NCBI GenBank assembly: GCA_020696385.1
Contig: JAEHCQ010000005.1
Location: 40,311-104,310 of the forward strand
Direction: 5' to 3'
Source: Methanobacteriota archaeon
GTDB lineage: Archaea > Thermoplasmatota > Thermoplasmata > SG8-5 > JAGLSY01
Length of the DNA: 64,000 bases
Under the pieces are notes generated by a model, which saw only the letters and a program-made list of their open reading frames with translations, searched no databases and had not been told where the DNA came from. This document shows positions 42,584 to 53,147 of the stretch, piece after piece. The translations under genes were made by a program, and so were the position numbers. The first letter of the stretch is position 1. Each line of letters opens with the position of its first letter.

Positions 42584-42850
42584 ATGGCGAGCGAAGTGTA
42601 TCAACTGGTAGAGAAAGAACTTGATTTTTTAGGTGACATACTTTGTGCCGGAATAATCAAAAAAGGATTGAGCAAGGTTCCGGCATCTCCGGATGATGCC
42701 TGTGTCGATGACATGATGATGGCATTGGACCTCCACATAAAAACAGCTCTGGTAACTTTTGTAGGTGTAGATGAGGCAAATTTGAAGATCCTCAACCTGA
42801 AAAAGAAACTGGCAGGCCTCAATGGCGGAGGTGTTTCCAATGGAAGCTAA
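42584..42850 (+). CDS. Small helical hypothetical protein
   Basis: ORF overlapping the start of the next gene, with GGAGGTG RBS in its 3' end. Confidence 0.6.
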   Translation: MASEVYQLVEKELDFLGDILCAGIIKKGLSKVPASPDDACVDDMMMALDLHIKTALVTFVGVDEANLKILNLKKKLAGLNGGGVSNGS

Positions 42851-43925
42851 AGAGTTCCTTAAAAATCCAATGATCCTTCTTCTTATCATTTTTGGGATAA
42901 TATCTACAATTGTGTATCTGGGTATTCCCGAAGACAGTGACAATTTCATTTCCATGACCTACCTTGTCTACCTTGCCTCAACATACATCAGCACAGTGAT
43001 GTTGTTCTATGTCGTCAAATTCTATGGTACGAAGAGCTTTGAGGGGAAGGTCTGGCTACTAATCTCAGTAGGTATGCTCCTTTGGGCTCTGGGTGAGACC
43101 ATTTGGTATTACTACGATGCAGTTGCTGGAGTGGATCCGTTTCCATCCATTGCGGATGTGGCCTACATTGTCGCCTATCTGCCAATTGCATTCGCCTTCA
43201 TCTATAAGGCGAAGTTCACAAAGGCAAAGTTCGATATGAAAAAGACCGCGGCGATCGCCATAATTCTAATTCTCATAGCCTTGCCCACAGCGATATATGT
43301 CGCAGGCCCGATATTGGCTGATGAAGGTGTTCTGGACATGGATGGAAATGCTATGGACGATGCCCCCTATTATTACTTCATGACTGCCGAAGATGGCGTG
43401 ATGCCAGATACTTTCATTGTGGCTGATGAAGAAGTTTATGACGTTGCCGTCAATGCGACCATCGTGATGGAGCTGGACCCAAGTGTTGATATTGACAGTG
43501 TGGAGGAGATGTTCGGCCTCTATGATATTGACTGGGAATACATTGATGGAACATTCGAATGGAATGGGACCACTGTGACATTCACACCTGACGAAGCACT
43601 TGAGCCAGGCGCGGAATATGAAGCCGAGGTTTACATCGGATATGGTTCATTGGAAAAAGGCATAAGTCTGCTATACCCCATGCTTGACCTGGTATTGCTG
43701 GCCTTCGCGTTGTTCATCGCATTCTACTGGGGCTCATCTGTATCTGGTGGGTGGTACATTGTTTCCATCGCTATTGCTCTCACCACATTGGCTGATATTG
43801 GCTTTACTTTCTTGGATTGGCAGGGATTATCCTTCCCGCCTATGGATCTTCTATGGGTGGCCAGCTACCTGGCCTTCGCCATGGGCGGAATATACCAGAA
43901 GATGCTGCATGAATCATTCATGTAA
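42840..43925 (+). CDS. Multi-pass membrane protein with an inserted extracellular Ig-like segment
   Basis: W..GE..W, PSIADVAY, YP.LDL motifs; insert ...TFTPDEALEPGAEY. Confidence 0.6.
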   Translation: MEAKEFLKNPMILLLIIFGIISTIVYLGIPEDSDNFISMTYLVYLASTYISTVMLFYVVKFYGTKSFEGKVWLLISVGMLLWALGETIWYYYDAVAGVDPFPSIADVAYIVAYLPIAFAFIYKAKFTKAKFDMKKTAAIAIILILIALPTAIYVAGPILADEGVLDMDGNAMDDAPYYYFMTAEDGVMPDTFIVADEEVYDVAVNATIVMELDPSVDIDSVEEMFGLYDIDWEYIDGTFEWNGTTVTFTPDEALEPGAEYEAEVYIGYGSLEKGISLLYPMLDLVLLAFALFIAFYWGSSVSGGWYIVSIAIALTTLADIGFTFLDWQGLSFPPMDLLWVASYLAFAMGGIYQKMLHESFM

Positions 43926-43987
43926 AGGATCTGGACAATCAAAAGATCCGCATACAAAACAATATGGACAATTCAATTCATAATAGA

Positions 43988-44051
43988 GGTAGAGCCGGAT
44001 AAGTTGTCAGGAATTAAGTAAATCAGTGATCCTCTAGCCTTTACCGGCTCC
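43988..44051 (-). ncRNA. Candidate small RNA divergent from nop5
   Basis: Terminal stem GGAGCCGG/CCGGCTCT, two CTGA motifs, BRE/TATA-like AAAAGTATTATA about 25 nt upstream. Confidence 0.35.
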
Positions 44052-44179
44052 AGTATTATTATACGTGTCTTGTCCTTATAATACTTTTGGATGAATAATC
44101 CAGCTTTTGTAACTTTGGATGAGCCTTCCATTTCCACAATAACCTTTTAAACAATCAGGTTTATCATCGCCCTGATATC

Positions 44180-45373
44180 ATGAAGCTGGTAACTACCTGG
44201 TTTGGCGTTTTCATCCTGGATGAGGACGAAATAGTCGAGAAGATCCTATTCCCCAAGGAAGCAGAGGAGATCGCCAAGAGGATGAAGACCATCCAGAACA
44301 AGCGCATACTGGCCGAAGAAGAAGAAATGGCTGGTGGCAAACAGGTGTTCGTCTTCGATGAAAGGCTGGTCATGATCGGAGAGATGTTATTTGACAATCC
44401 ACCCTTTATTTCACCAGATGACCATGATTTTTCCAGCCAATTACTAAATCAAGCAATGATAATAGTCGGCAAGGACATGGTCAGAACCAGTGGTTCTCCC
44501 GACCAGCAAATACTCCAGGCCATAAGGGCGATGGATGACTTTGACAAAACCATCAATCTTCTTTCAGAAAGATTGCATGAATGGCATGAGATCAATTTTC
44601 CAGAACTATCAAAGCTGGTCTCTGAAAAGGATTATTTCAATTTAATAGCCGAGCATGGCGACCGTGAGAGCATTCTGGCCAACTCCAAGATAGATATCCC
44701 GGATTCAATGGGCTCGGAGATAGAGCCAGAGGATGCCGAGGCCATGAAGATGATGGCCGGTAATATCCTGAAGGCGATTGAAACCAGAGAGGATCTGGAG
44801 AAGTTCGTTCAGAAACGCATGGAGGCCTTCGCACCCAATACAACTCAGATTGCTGGCCCTCTGATAGGGGCCCGATTGATATCTCTTGCTGGCAGCATGG
44901 AAAAATTGGCAAAAATGCCGACCAGTACAGTTCAGATACTGGGAGCTGAAAAAGCATTCTTCAAGCACATTAGGGAGAAGGTCAACCCACCAAAACACGG
45001 GATCATTTTCCAGAATCCCGTGATACACCGCGCTCCATACTGGCAGAGAGGGAATATATCCCGGGCATTGTCAAGTAAGATATCCATGGCCGTGAAAGTT
45101 GATTTCTTCGGCGATGGAAAGATGATCGCCGATGAATTGCAAAAGGACCTGGAAAGAAAAGTGGCGGAGATAAAGAAGAAGTATCCGGAAGCTCCTGCAA
45201 AGAAGAGGAATCCAACTCCAAGCCACAGAACGGGGCAGAAGCCAGGAGGACGCCCTGGTGGAAATAGACAGGGCGGGCATGACAATCGCAGGGACAGTAG
45301 AGGTGGTGGCGATAGGAGAAAAGGACAGTCTGGCCAGGGTCGAAAGTATGATTCCAGGCGCAAGAAGAATTGA
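44180..45373 (+). CDS. nop5: Box C/D sRNP protein Nop5
   Basis: ERLHEW...FPEL, APN, QILGAEKAFF, PKHGIIFQ motifs. Confidence 0.93.
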   Translation: MKLVTTWFGVFILDEDEIVEKILFPKEAEEIAKRMKTIQNKRILAEEEEMAGGKQVFVFDERLVMIGEMLFDNPPFISPDDHDFSSQLLNQAMIIVGKDMVRTSGSPDQQILQAIRAMDDFDKTINLLSERLHEWHEINFPELSKLVSEKDYFNLIAEHGDRESILANSKIDIPDSMGSEIEPEDAEAMKMMAGNILKAIETREDLEKFVQKRMEAFAPNTTQIAGPLIGARLISLAGSMEKLAKMPTSTVQILGAEKAFFKHIREKVNPPKHGIIFQNPVIHRAPYWQRGNISRALSSKISMAVKVDFFGDGKMIADELQKDLERKVAEIKKKYPEAPAKKRNPTPSHRTGQKPGGRPGGNRQGGHDNRRDSRGGGDRRKGQSGQGRKYDSRRKKN

Positions 45374-45516
45374 GCTTTAGGACGATCCACTCCAGTTTCA
45401 CTCACCTATTGGTCAATATACAGCCGGTATTTTCAAGTAGAGCTTTGCATAGTTCCAAAAGCTTAATTACCTTCAAGGTATTTCCAAAATATAATCCGAG
45501 CGAGGGAAGTGAGTTC

Positions 45517-46563
45517 ATGAGAGCTACAAAGAAAGACATGGGGCCAGGTGGAAGAGACAGCATATTCTTCAAGCAGAATTTGGACAGACCGTCCAATCCA
45601 GGGCAGATATCATACTACCCACCGGAACCTTCTGATGACCTGAAGAAACAGGTGAAGAAGGACAAGACTGGCGGGATAGTATTCTACGTCATCGGATTCG
45701 TAATCACGATGATGGGACTCGGGGCCGCTCTTAGTGATTCAGCAGACTTGGAAGTATATTCCGTGCTGATACCCGTATGTTTGATCATCGGGCTTTTGGC
45801 CGCTTTCTTCTATCTTTACAATAACAATGTCGCTCTGGCAAAGCTTTCACGCACTTTGCCATTGATCCTGATGGTTGCCCTACTTCTTCTTTACATCGTG
45901 GGGATCATTGGCGCGGTCATGAGCCTTGCCTCACTAGGCGGAGGTTTTGATGAACCTCAGATGCCAGATAATCCATCTCCAGAGCAGATCGCGGAATATG
46001 AGAACCTGATGGATCAATACGATCAGGACATAGAGGACATGATGAACGATATCCAGGATGGATTCGATGACCTCATGAACAGTTTACTGGCTCCTGCCTT
46101 TTTCTTCATATCAGCAGGTCTTGTAATAGCAAGAGCCGGCGGAACTCAATTATGGACATCTACAAGGATCGTTCATCAGTATATGCCAGCCACCATAATT
46201 CTGGAAGCTCCATTTGAAGCAACTGTAGCTATGCCAGTAGCAGCTGCTTCACCAGTAATAGCAACAGCACCAACAGTTGCACCTGCACCCGCTGCAGCTC
46301 CACCAGAAGACCCATGTTCAAAATGCGGACAGCCAATGAGCTTCATAGAGGAGTATGGCAGATTCTACTGTTATTCATGTCAGGATTACGAACCACTGCA
46401 AGCATCGGCAGAGCCAGCAGCAACCCCAACTGCCCCAGCTCCTATTGTTGAGGAGGAGCCAGCAGAGCCAGAAGGCCCAAAATGCAAGCATTGCGAGGGT
46501 GAATTAGAACATATTGAGGAATACGACAGATCATATTGCTATGATTGCAAAAAGTATGACTGA
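45517..46563 (+). CDS. Membrane protein with A/P-rich linker and two C-terminal zinc ribbons
   Basis: Four TM segments; CxxC...IEEYxRxYCxxC twice. Confidence 0.7.
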   Translation: MRATKKDMGPGGRDSIFFKQNLDRPSNPGQISYYPPEPSDDLKKQVKKDKTGGIVFYVIGFVITMMGLGAALSDSADLEVYSVLIPVCLIIGLLAAFFYLYNNNVALAKLSRTLPLILMVALLLLYIVGIIGAVMSLASLGGGFDEPQMPDNPSPEQIAEYENLMDQYDQDIEDMMNDIQDGFDDLMNSLLAPAFFFISAGLVIARAGGTQLWTSTRIVHQYMPATIILEAPFEATVAMPVAAASPVIATAPTVAPAPAAAPPEDPCSKCGQPMSFIEEYGRFYCYSCQDYEPLQASAEPAATPTAPAPIVEEEPAEPEGPKCKHCEGELEHIEEYDRSYCYDCKKYD

Positions 46564-46616
46564 ACATTCAATGCCAGCATAACTGCCAATCAGTAATCTC
46601 AAACCAAATAGATAGA

Positions 46617-47633
46617 TCATTCTTGATCAAATGGGTTGATGATGAGATTCAGGTCTGCGCCACAATTCTTGCATTTGCCATTGTTATGCAATAACTTGAT
46701 GACATGATATCCGATCCTCTTGATAGCTATCTGGCCGCAATCGGGACAGTAGGTGCTTTCTTCATCCCTCTGTGGCACATTTCCCATGTACACGAACTTG
46801 ACCCCGGCTTCCTTGGCTATCTTGTATGCCCTTTCAAGTGTCTTGACAGGTGTTCGCCTTATGTCCAGTGCCTTATAGTCTGGATGAAATGCAGAGAAGT
46901 GAAGTGGGGTATCGGCTCCAAGCTCATCCATCACCCATTGAGTGTATCGACCCAGCTCTTCCGGGCTGTCATTCCTTCCAGGTATGAGCAATGTGACAAG
47001 CTCGATATGGATCCCAAGCTCCTTGGCCAGCATGCATGTGTCCAGAACTGGTTGCAGTCGAGCCTTGGAATATTTTCTATAAAATTCATCTGTGAAGGCC
47101 TTCACATCTATGTTCATCGCATCCAGATGTGGTGACAACTCTCTCATGGCCTCTTCCGTGATGTAGCCATTGGTAACATAACTGGTTGCAAGGCCTGCTT
47201 GATGCGCCTGTTTGCATCCATCCAGCATGAACTCGTACCAGATGGTCGGCTCATTGTATGTCCATGAAACACTCTGGCAGTCATATTTCTCTGCCAGAAG
47301 AGGAACTTCAATGGGGGTTATTCGCTTCAATCCTCTTGTGCTGAACTGCTGGGATATCGAGAAGTTCTGACAGAAATCACATCTGAAATTACATCCAATA
47401 CTGCCAAATGAAAATGCTCTGGTGCGGGGCATGAAGTGATTGAGCGGTTTCTTCTCTATAGGGTCAGGTCCCATAGAGGATACCAGGCCATAACTGGATG
47501 CAATGAGAACATTTTTATTATTCTCCCTCACACCGCATATGCCTGACTTTCCATTGGGGATCTTACATCGGTGGGAGCAGAGACTGCATTCGATATTCCC
47601 ATCCTCCAATAACTTCCACATCCTCGCCTCCAT
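46617..47633 (-). CDS. amrS: AmmeMemoRadiSam system radical SAM enzyme
   Basis: C.LC.HRC, DPIEKKPL.HF, GCNFRCDFCQN, TYNEPTIW motifs. Confidence 0.9.
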   Translation of the reverse strand: MEARMWKLLEDGNIECSLCSHRCKIPNGKSGICGVRENNKNVLIASSYGLVSSMGPDPIEKKPLNHFMPRTRAFSFGSIGCNFRCDFCQNFSISQQFSTRGLKRITPIEVPLLAEKYDCQSVSWTYNEPTIWYEFMLDGCKQAHQAGLATSYVTNGYITEEAMRELSPHLDAMNIDVKAFTDEFYRKYSKARLQPVLDTCMLAKELGIHIELVTLLIPGRNDSPEELGRYTQWVMDELGADTPLHFSAFHPDYKALDIRRTPVKTLERAYKIAKEAGVKFVYMGNVPQRDEESTYCPDCGQIAIKRIGYHVIKLLHNNGKCKNCGADLNLIINPFDQE

Positions 47634-47634
47634 C

Positions 47635-48570
47635 TCATCGCCCCCTGAAATGTTCATAGCCCTTGTCTTCCAGAACGATATGCTGGCCACCGGATGAGAT
47701 GTGCACGATACTATCATCGACCACCCGACCAATTGGAGTCACCTTGGTTCCAGCCAGGCCATTTGATGAAATGGATCCCAGCTTCTTAGGGTCTGCGGTG
47801 AACAGAAGCTCGAACTCCCCACCCAGATGAAGACATTTCTGTTGGTCCTCATCAGATAATCCACCAATAAAAGGAATGCTTTCCATATCCAGCTCGAAAC
47901 CCACATTACCAGCCTTCTTCAGATGATGGATCGACGTGCTCAATCCATCAGAAAGATCAATGCAGGATGTCACGGCCCCGCTCTGTGCCAGCATCTGTCC
48001 TTCCCGAACTCTGGGCTGAACTCTTAGAAGGGATTCAATATCCAATTCGGCCTTTGTCTTGTACCAACCGAGTTGGCTTCCCAGCTCCCCGGTGAGGAAT
48101 ACTATATCACCAGGTTTCGCCCCGCTTCGCCTCATGATATCTTTCTTTCCGACCAGCCCCAGCGCGGTTCCAGTAATGCTGATAGTATCATTTTCCTTGG
48201 TATCTCCACCGAGGACCCTGGCTCCATGTGCCTTACAGCAATCGTCTATTCCTTTGGAAATATCATCAAGAAAGTCAATGTCCATGTCCGTAGGCAGACC
48301 CAGGGCGAATAGCATGCCCAGGGGAAATCCACCCATACTGGCAATATCACTCAGATTGATAGCTGTCACATACCATCCAATAAGCCAACCACGAGTTCCA
48401 TCGGGTATGTGTGTTCTCTGATTGATCATATCAGTTGTGGCAAGCAGGTATTCTTTTCCAAGATCCACCATCGCACAATCATCGCCGATCAGCATCTGGC
48501 CATCGGGATCGAATGTCTCCATAAGTTTTAGGATAGCCTGTTTTTCCCCCATATCGCCTAGGATGGTCAT
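47635..48570 (-). CDS. thiL: Thiamine-monophosphate kinase
   Basis: GDDCA, NLSDIASMG, GGDT, DLSDGL, GGEFELLF motifs. Confidence 0.92.
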   Translation of the reverse strand: MTILGDMGEKQAILKLMETFDPDGQMLIGDDCAMVDLGKEYLLATTDMINQRTHIPDGTRGWLIGWYVTAINLSDIASMGGFPLGMLFALGLPTDMDIDFLDDISKGIDDCCKAHGARVLGGDTKENDTISITGTALGLVGKKDIMRRSGAKPGDIVFLTGELGSQLGWYKTKAELDIESLLRVQPRVREGQMLAQSGAVTSCIDLSDGLSTSIHHLKKAGNVGFELDMESIPFIGGLSDEDQQKCLHLGGEFELLFTADPKKLGSISSNGLAGTKVTPIGRVVDDSIVHISSGGQHIVLEDKGYEHFRGR

Positions 48571-48659
48571 TGACTGGATAATGTAAGAGGATGATAAATA
48601 ATTTGTCAGCCTGGCAAACATTTAAATAAAGACAATCTTATAATTGTGTTGGTGAAAGT

Positions 48660-49763
48660 ATGGTTCAGGCAAGAAAGGTCAGACCGAAGTTCTTTCGGAA
48701 AAGATCGCAGAAGCCCTTCGAGCTAAGGCAAGAGGAAGTTGGCTCCCCCCCAGGCACACTGCTGCCATCCAGATTTCCTCGAAAGGAAAAGGCCAAGATC
48801 ACGATAATCGATTATTCACAAGATGAGTACAATGAATCCACGACCTACGATGTGGAGGATTGTGCCAAATACAAGGATTCCAAATCAGTCACATGGATAA
48901 ACATCGACAGCGTGGATGATGTGAACACTCTATCCAAACTTGGAGAGTATTTTAATGTACATCCACTGGCATTGGAAGATATCCAGGATACGGACCAGAG
49001 ACCAAAACTGGAGGAATATGATGACCTATACCTCATCGTGACAAAGTTGCTGAGGTTCAGGGATATAATCGTCAGTGAACAGGTCAGCATGCTTCTTGGC
49101 AAGAAATATGTGATCACTATCCAGATGACGGAAGAGGATTGCTTCGATCCTATCAGAGATCGTCTAAGAAGCGGGACTGGGAGGATAAGATCAATGGGCC
49201 CGGATTATCTCGCATATTCCTTAATGGATGTACTAACTGATGAATATTACCCGATACTTCAGATATATGGAGATGAGCTTGAAAGACTTGAGGACACTGT
49301 CTTCAAAGATCCTCGACCTCACATGCTTCAGAAGATCCAAAGAGGAAAAAGAGATCTCCTGCTTATTCGAAGGTCCATCTTGCCAAATCGTGAGATCCTT
49401 GGCAAGCTGATGAGAGACGATGAAACTGGCCTGATAGCCGAGTCCACCAAAAGATATCTCAGGGACTGCCAGGACAATACCATCCAGATAAGTGATATCA
49501 TCGAGACATACAGAGATATGAGCTCATCACTTCAAGACCTGTATCTATCCAGCATAAGCCACAGGATGAACGAGGTCATGAAGGTCCTTACCATCATTGC
49601 CACGATATTCATACCTCTAACTTTCATCACCGGTCTTTATGGAATGAACTTCGATGCCATGCCAGAGCTTCACTGGGAATGGGGATATTATGCTTCACTA
49701 ACGGCCATGTTTATGGTATCAATATCCATGCTGATATACTTCAAAAGGAAGAGATGGCTTTAA
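48660..49763 (+). CDS. corA: Mg/Co transporter CorA
   Basis: HPLALED, QRPK, YGMNF, MPEL motifs. Confidence 0.95.
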   Translation: MVQARKVRPKFFRKRSQKPFELRQEEVGSPPGTLLPSRFPRKEKAKITIIDYSQDEYNESTTYDVEDCAKYKDSKSVTWINIDSVDDVNTLSKLGEYFNVHPLALEDIQDTDQRPKLEEYDDLYLIVTKLLRFRDIIVSEQVSMLLGKKYVITIQMTEEDCFDPIRDRLRSGTGRIRSMGPDYLAYSLMDVLTDEYYPILQIYGDELERLEDTVFKDPRPHMLQKIQRGKRDLLLIRRSILPNREILGKLMRDDETGLIAESTKRYLRDCQDNTIQISDIIETYRDMSSSLQDLYLSSISHRMNEVMKVLTIIATIFIPLTFITGLYGMNFDAMPELHWEWGYYASLTAMFMVSISMLIYFKRKRWL

Positions 49764-49805
49764 GTCAAAGGGAAATAATGCCTGCTCGAAAATGGAGATG
49801 TCATT

Positions 49806-50246
49806 GTGAATTCAGATCGATACACGAACTTGATCAGATACAATAGGCTCAAACTGCTTTTTTCAAGAGTGCTTTTCATATCTGGCGCTTTCTTTTTATT
49901 GCTCGATTTATATTTTATTTTTAATATAAAATATTGGGAATTAAATATATTGTGGATGAACTTCTTATTGGGGTGTGCTCTGGTAATATTATCCTTCTCA
50001 AGCAAGCTGGGTCGTATGTTCAAGTCCTTCAGAAAGTCTGTGAACCCTTACACAAGAAAAGGAGATTGCAATGAATGCGGTACATGCTGTCGCCTTCCAG
50101 TCCCATGCCTTTTCTTCTTCGGGAATCGCTGTCTCATCCACAAAATAAGGCCAAAGCAATGCAAGGAATTCCCGGACGAACCGAAACAACTGGTCAGCTA
50201 TAAATGTGGATATTATTTTGATAAAGATGATAGTGCCCGCGAATGA
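49806..50246 (+). CDS. Membrane-anchored YkgJ-like CxxCxxCC cysteine-cluster protein
   Basis: CNECGTCC...C...CLIH..RP.QC..FP. Confidence 0.6.
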   Translation: MNSDRYTNLIRYNRLKLLFSRVLFISGAFFLLLDLYFIFNIKYWELNILWMNFLLGCALVILSFSSKLGRMFKSFRKSVNPYTRKGDCNECGTCCRLPVPCLFFFGNRCLIHKIRPKQCKEFPDEPKQLVSYKCGYYFDKDDSARE

Positions 50247-50335
50247 TTTATATCAACTATAATGTTCGATTCATAGACATCATAAAAGAGCATATCAGCC
50301 CAAATATTATTAAGCAAAATGCCAATGGTCTTCCA

Positions 50336-52159
50336 ATGACCATTATCAAGGTTCTTGACAATGATACAATTGACAAAATTGCTGCTGGCGAGGTTATAGA
50401 AAGGCCAGCCTCTGCTGTGAAGGAACTGGTAGAGAACTCCCTGGACGCAGGTGCGAAGGAGATAGATATAAAGATACTAAGCGCGGGCAAGAAACTAATT
50501 CAGATAGTGGATGACGGCCAGGGCATGATGCCGGAAGATGCGGAACTGGCATTCCAAAGACATGCGACATCCAAGCTGTCAAGCATCGATGATCTTGACA
50601 CCATAGCCACCATGGGATTCCGGGGTGAGGCACTTTCCAGTATCGCATCTGTTTCCGAGGTGACCATAGCCACAAGGCATGAGAGCCAGGATTCCGGAAC
50701 AAGAATTGTGTTCCGGAACGGTAAGGTCATCGAAAAAGGAGAGCTGGGCATGGATACTGGGACCAGCATCAAGATCGCGAACCTCTTCTCCAATGTTCCA
50801 GCCAGACTTAAATTTCTAAAGAGCGACAGAGTTGAAATGTCGCATATCATCAAGGTGGTCACCGAGAGAGCGCTGGCCAATCCGGATGTGTCCTTCACCC
50901 TGCAGAATGGAGAAGTTGAGATTCTCAATTGCAGGGCCAGCCAGCATCTGGAAGATAGGTTCCTTGACATATTCGGGAGAAAAGCAGCGAAGGCCAGCGT
51001 GAAGATAGACGCTGGCCATGATGATCCAATATCGGTCCACGGCATACTGGCCAAACCAGAGATCAGCAAACCATCCAAGGACGATCTGCACATATTTATC
51101 AACCTGCGCCCGATATCTGATCGCATACTGGCTGCAGCTGTTGCTGATGGTTATGCAGGTATGCTGATGAAGCATCGGCATCCAGTTGGCGTTGTCTTCA
51201 TCCAAATGCCGCCGGACAAGGTGGATATCAATGTCCATCCAACAAAGAAGCAGGCGAAGTTCTCGGATCCGAAACCGATAGCCAGCCTTTTGAAGAAGGC
51301 TGTCGCGGATGCCCTTGGAAACACCGACCTGATCAGAGAGGTCGGTGGTGACTTCCAGCGTACACTGGAATCCAGAGCTTATGTAAGCCAGCCGCCAGAA
51401 CAGAAAAAGAGAACTGGCAGAGATATGTCCGTAAGTTCTGCCGGAGTTCGCCCTATCGCGTCACGTCCTTCAACCCACTGGCCACCAAAACCCACACCCG
51501 CCCAGCCCCATCTTTTCGAAGAAGATGCAAACAGTTCAGGACAGGAAAATTGTGAAGACCATGAAGTTCCAGGATCCAGATCCATGCCTTCGATGGTTCC
51601 GATCGGCCAGATCCTGGAGACCTACATACTGGCACAGAGCGGTTCAGATCTTCTTATCATCGACCAGCACGCGGCACATGAGCGCGTGATGTTGGAAAGG
51701 CTTCGGAATGCGGACATAAAGATCGCCCAGCAGAAGCTCATCACACCCCTCACACTTGAATTGAGCCCACGCGAGAGGGAATTGGTGGATCATTATAGGC
51801 AGATCCTGGAAGATGCTGGCTTCACCATCGAGCCCTTTGGCAGAACCACCTATCTTGTGCGAGCGGTCCCGGTCTTCAGCGGAAGCCTGGAGGAGCCGGA
51901 GAATATCCTGGCCATGGTGCAGGAACTGGTTGATCTCGGCAAAGCGAGATCAATAGAGACAAAACGCGATGAGATACTGCAACTCATCGCCTGCCACTCG
52001 TCCATTCGCGCAGGTGAGAAGCTAAGCATCAGCCGGATGAAACGGCTGATAAGTGAGATGCATGAGCTGGACAATCCCTTCAATTGCGCACATGGAAGGC
52101 CGACGATAATCAAGATGACGGATAGAGATCTTGAGAAGATGTTCAAGCGGATCGTTTGA
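50336..52159 (+). CDS. mutL: DNA mismatch repair protein MutL
   Basis: IAAGEVIERP, GFRGEAL, DINVHP, DQHAAHER, ACH, CAHGRP motifs. Confidence 0.96.
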   Translation: MTIIKVLDNDTIDKIAAGEVIERPASAVKELVENSLDAGAKEIDIKILSAGKKLIQIVDDGQGMMPEDAELAFQRHATSKLSSIDDLDTIATMGFRGEALSSIASVSEVTIATRHESQDSGTRIVFRNGKVIEKGELGMDTGTSIKIANLFSNVPARLKFLKSDRVEMSHIIKVVTERALANPDVSFTLQNGEVEILNCRASQHLEDRFLDIFGRKAAKASVKIDAGHDDPISVHGILAKPEISKPSKDDLHIFINLRPISDRILAAAVADGYAGMLMKHRHPVGVVFIQMPPDKVDINVHPTKKQAKFSDPKPIASLLKKAVADALGNTDLIREVGGDFQRTLESRAYVSQPPEQKKRTGRDMSVSSAGVRPIASRPSTHWPPKPTPAQPHLFEEDANSSGQENCEDHEVPGSRSMPSMVPIGQILETYILAQSGSDLLIIDQHAAHERVMLERLRNADIKIAQQKLITPLTLELSPRERELVDHYRQILEDAGFTIEPFGRTTYLVRAVPVFSGSLEEPENILAMVQELVDLGKARSIETKRDEILQLIACHSSIRAGEKLSISRMKRLISEMHELDNPFNCAHGRPTIIKMTDRDLEKMFKRIV

Positions 52160-52254
52160 TAATATACATCATGTGCATCATATGCATCATATATCTACAC
52201 AATAAACGAAAACTTTAATATCAACAATAATATTCATCCAATTGGAAATGCCAA

Positions 52255-52932
52255 ATGCCTGACAACGATGATCCTAATAAGCTGAGCCAAAACAATAATA
52301 GTGATGATAAGCCAAAAGAAGATTTCTCCAAGAGGCTTGAACGCTGGGATATGTACGCTGATATCTCGGATGTTGGATCCATATCCAGACGTTATTTTGT
52401 CATGAACGCCTTTGATGGCGCATTGACCATGCTGGGAGTTGTTATTGGAGCCAGCATGGCTCCCGAAGCCGTTGACCCGCTGTTCATAATACTAGCAGGT
52501 CTTTCCGGAGCTTTCGCCATGTGCATATCCGGAATAAGCGGCGCGTACATGACTGAAAGCGCGGAGCGTGAAAGAGAGATAAAGTCATTGGAGCGAGCGA
52601 TGCTTTGTAAACTGGATGATTCCATACATAAAGAAGCCTCGAAATTCGCAACCATCCTTACATCACTTGTGGATGGTTTCAGCCCAGCACTGGCCGCCCT
52701 CATAGTTATCAGCCCCTTCTTCATGGTCAATATAGGCTGGATGACGATGGACATGGCTTTCCCCATCTCCATTTCCCTGACCATGCTTGTACTTCTTATC
52801 CTGGGACTTTACCTCGCCAAGATATCAGATCAGAGCCTGGCAAAATACGGATTGAGAATGCTTATCGTGGGTCTTGTGACCGCCCTGATGTGTGCCTTGG
52901 TGGCAATAGCCCTCGGTGCTCCGGCAGTTTAG
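52255..52932 (+). CDS. VIT1/CCC1-family membrane protein
   Basis: RRYFVMNAFDG...GAYMTE.AE motif. Confidence 0.75.
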   Translation: MPDNDDPNKLSQNNNSDDKPKEDFSKRLERWDMYADISDVGSISRRYFVMNAFDGALTMLGVVIGASMAPEAVDPLFIILAGLSGAFAMCISGISGAYMTESAEREREIKSLERAMLCKLDDSIHKEASKFATILTSLVDGFSPALAALIVISPFFMVNIGWMTMDMAFPISISLTMLVLLILGLYLAKISDQSLAKYGLRMLIVGLVTALMCALVAIALGAPAV

Positions 52933-53147
52933 AGATATCGATTATGCCAGACAGCAAAAAATCATTAAATAACATCACTCATTAATAATTGTTAAACGAC
53001 GTTACGATTGTTCGAAGGTTGTACCAAACCGTATATAAACACCGGGTATCATATAGTTGATTAGAGGCTTTTATCTATTATTCTGCCCACATAATAGAGC
53101 CCCTTCGCGGGGTAGCCTCCTCCATTCTCCTTTATTCAAGGTGTACT

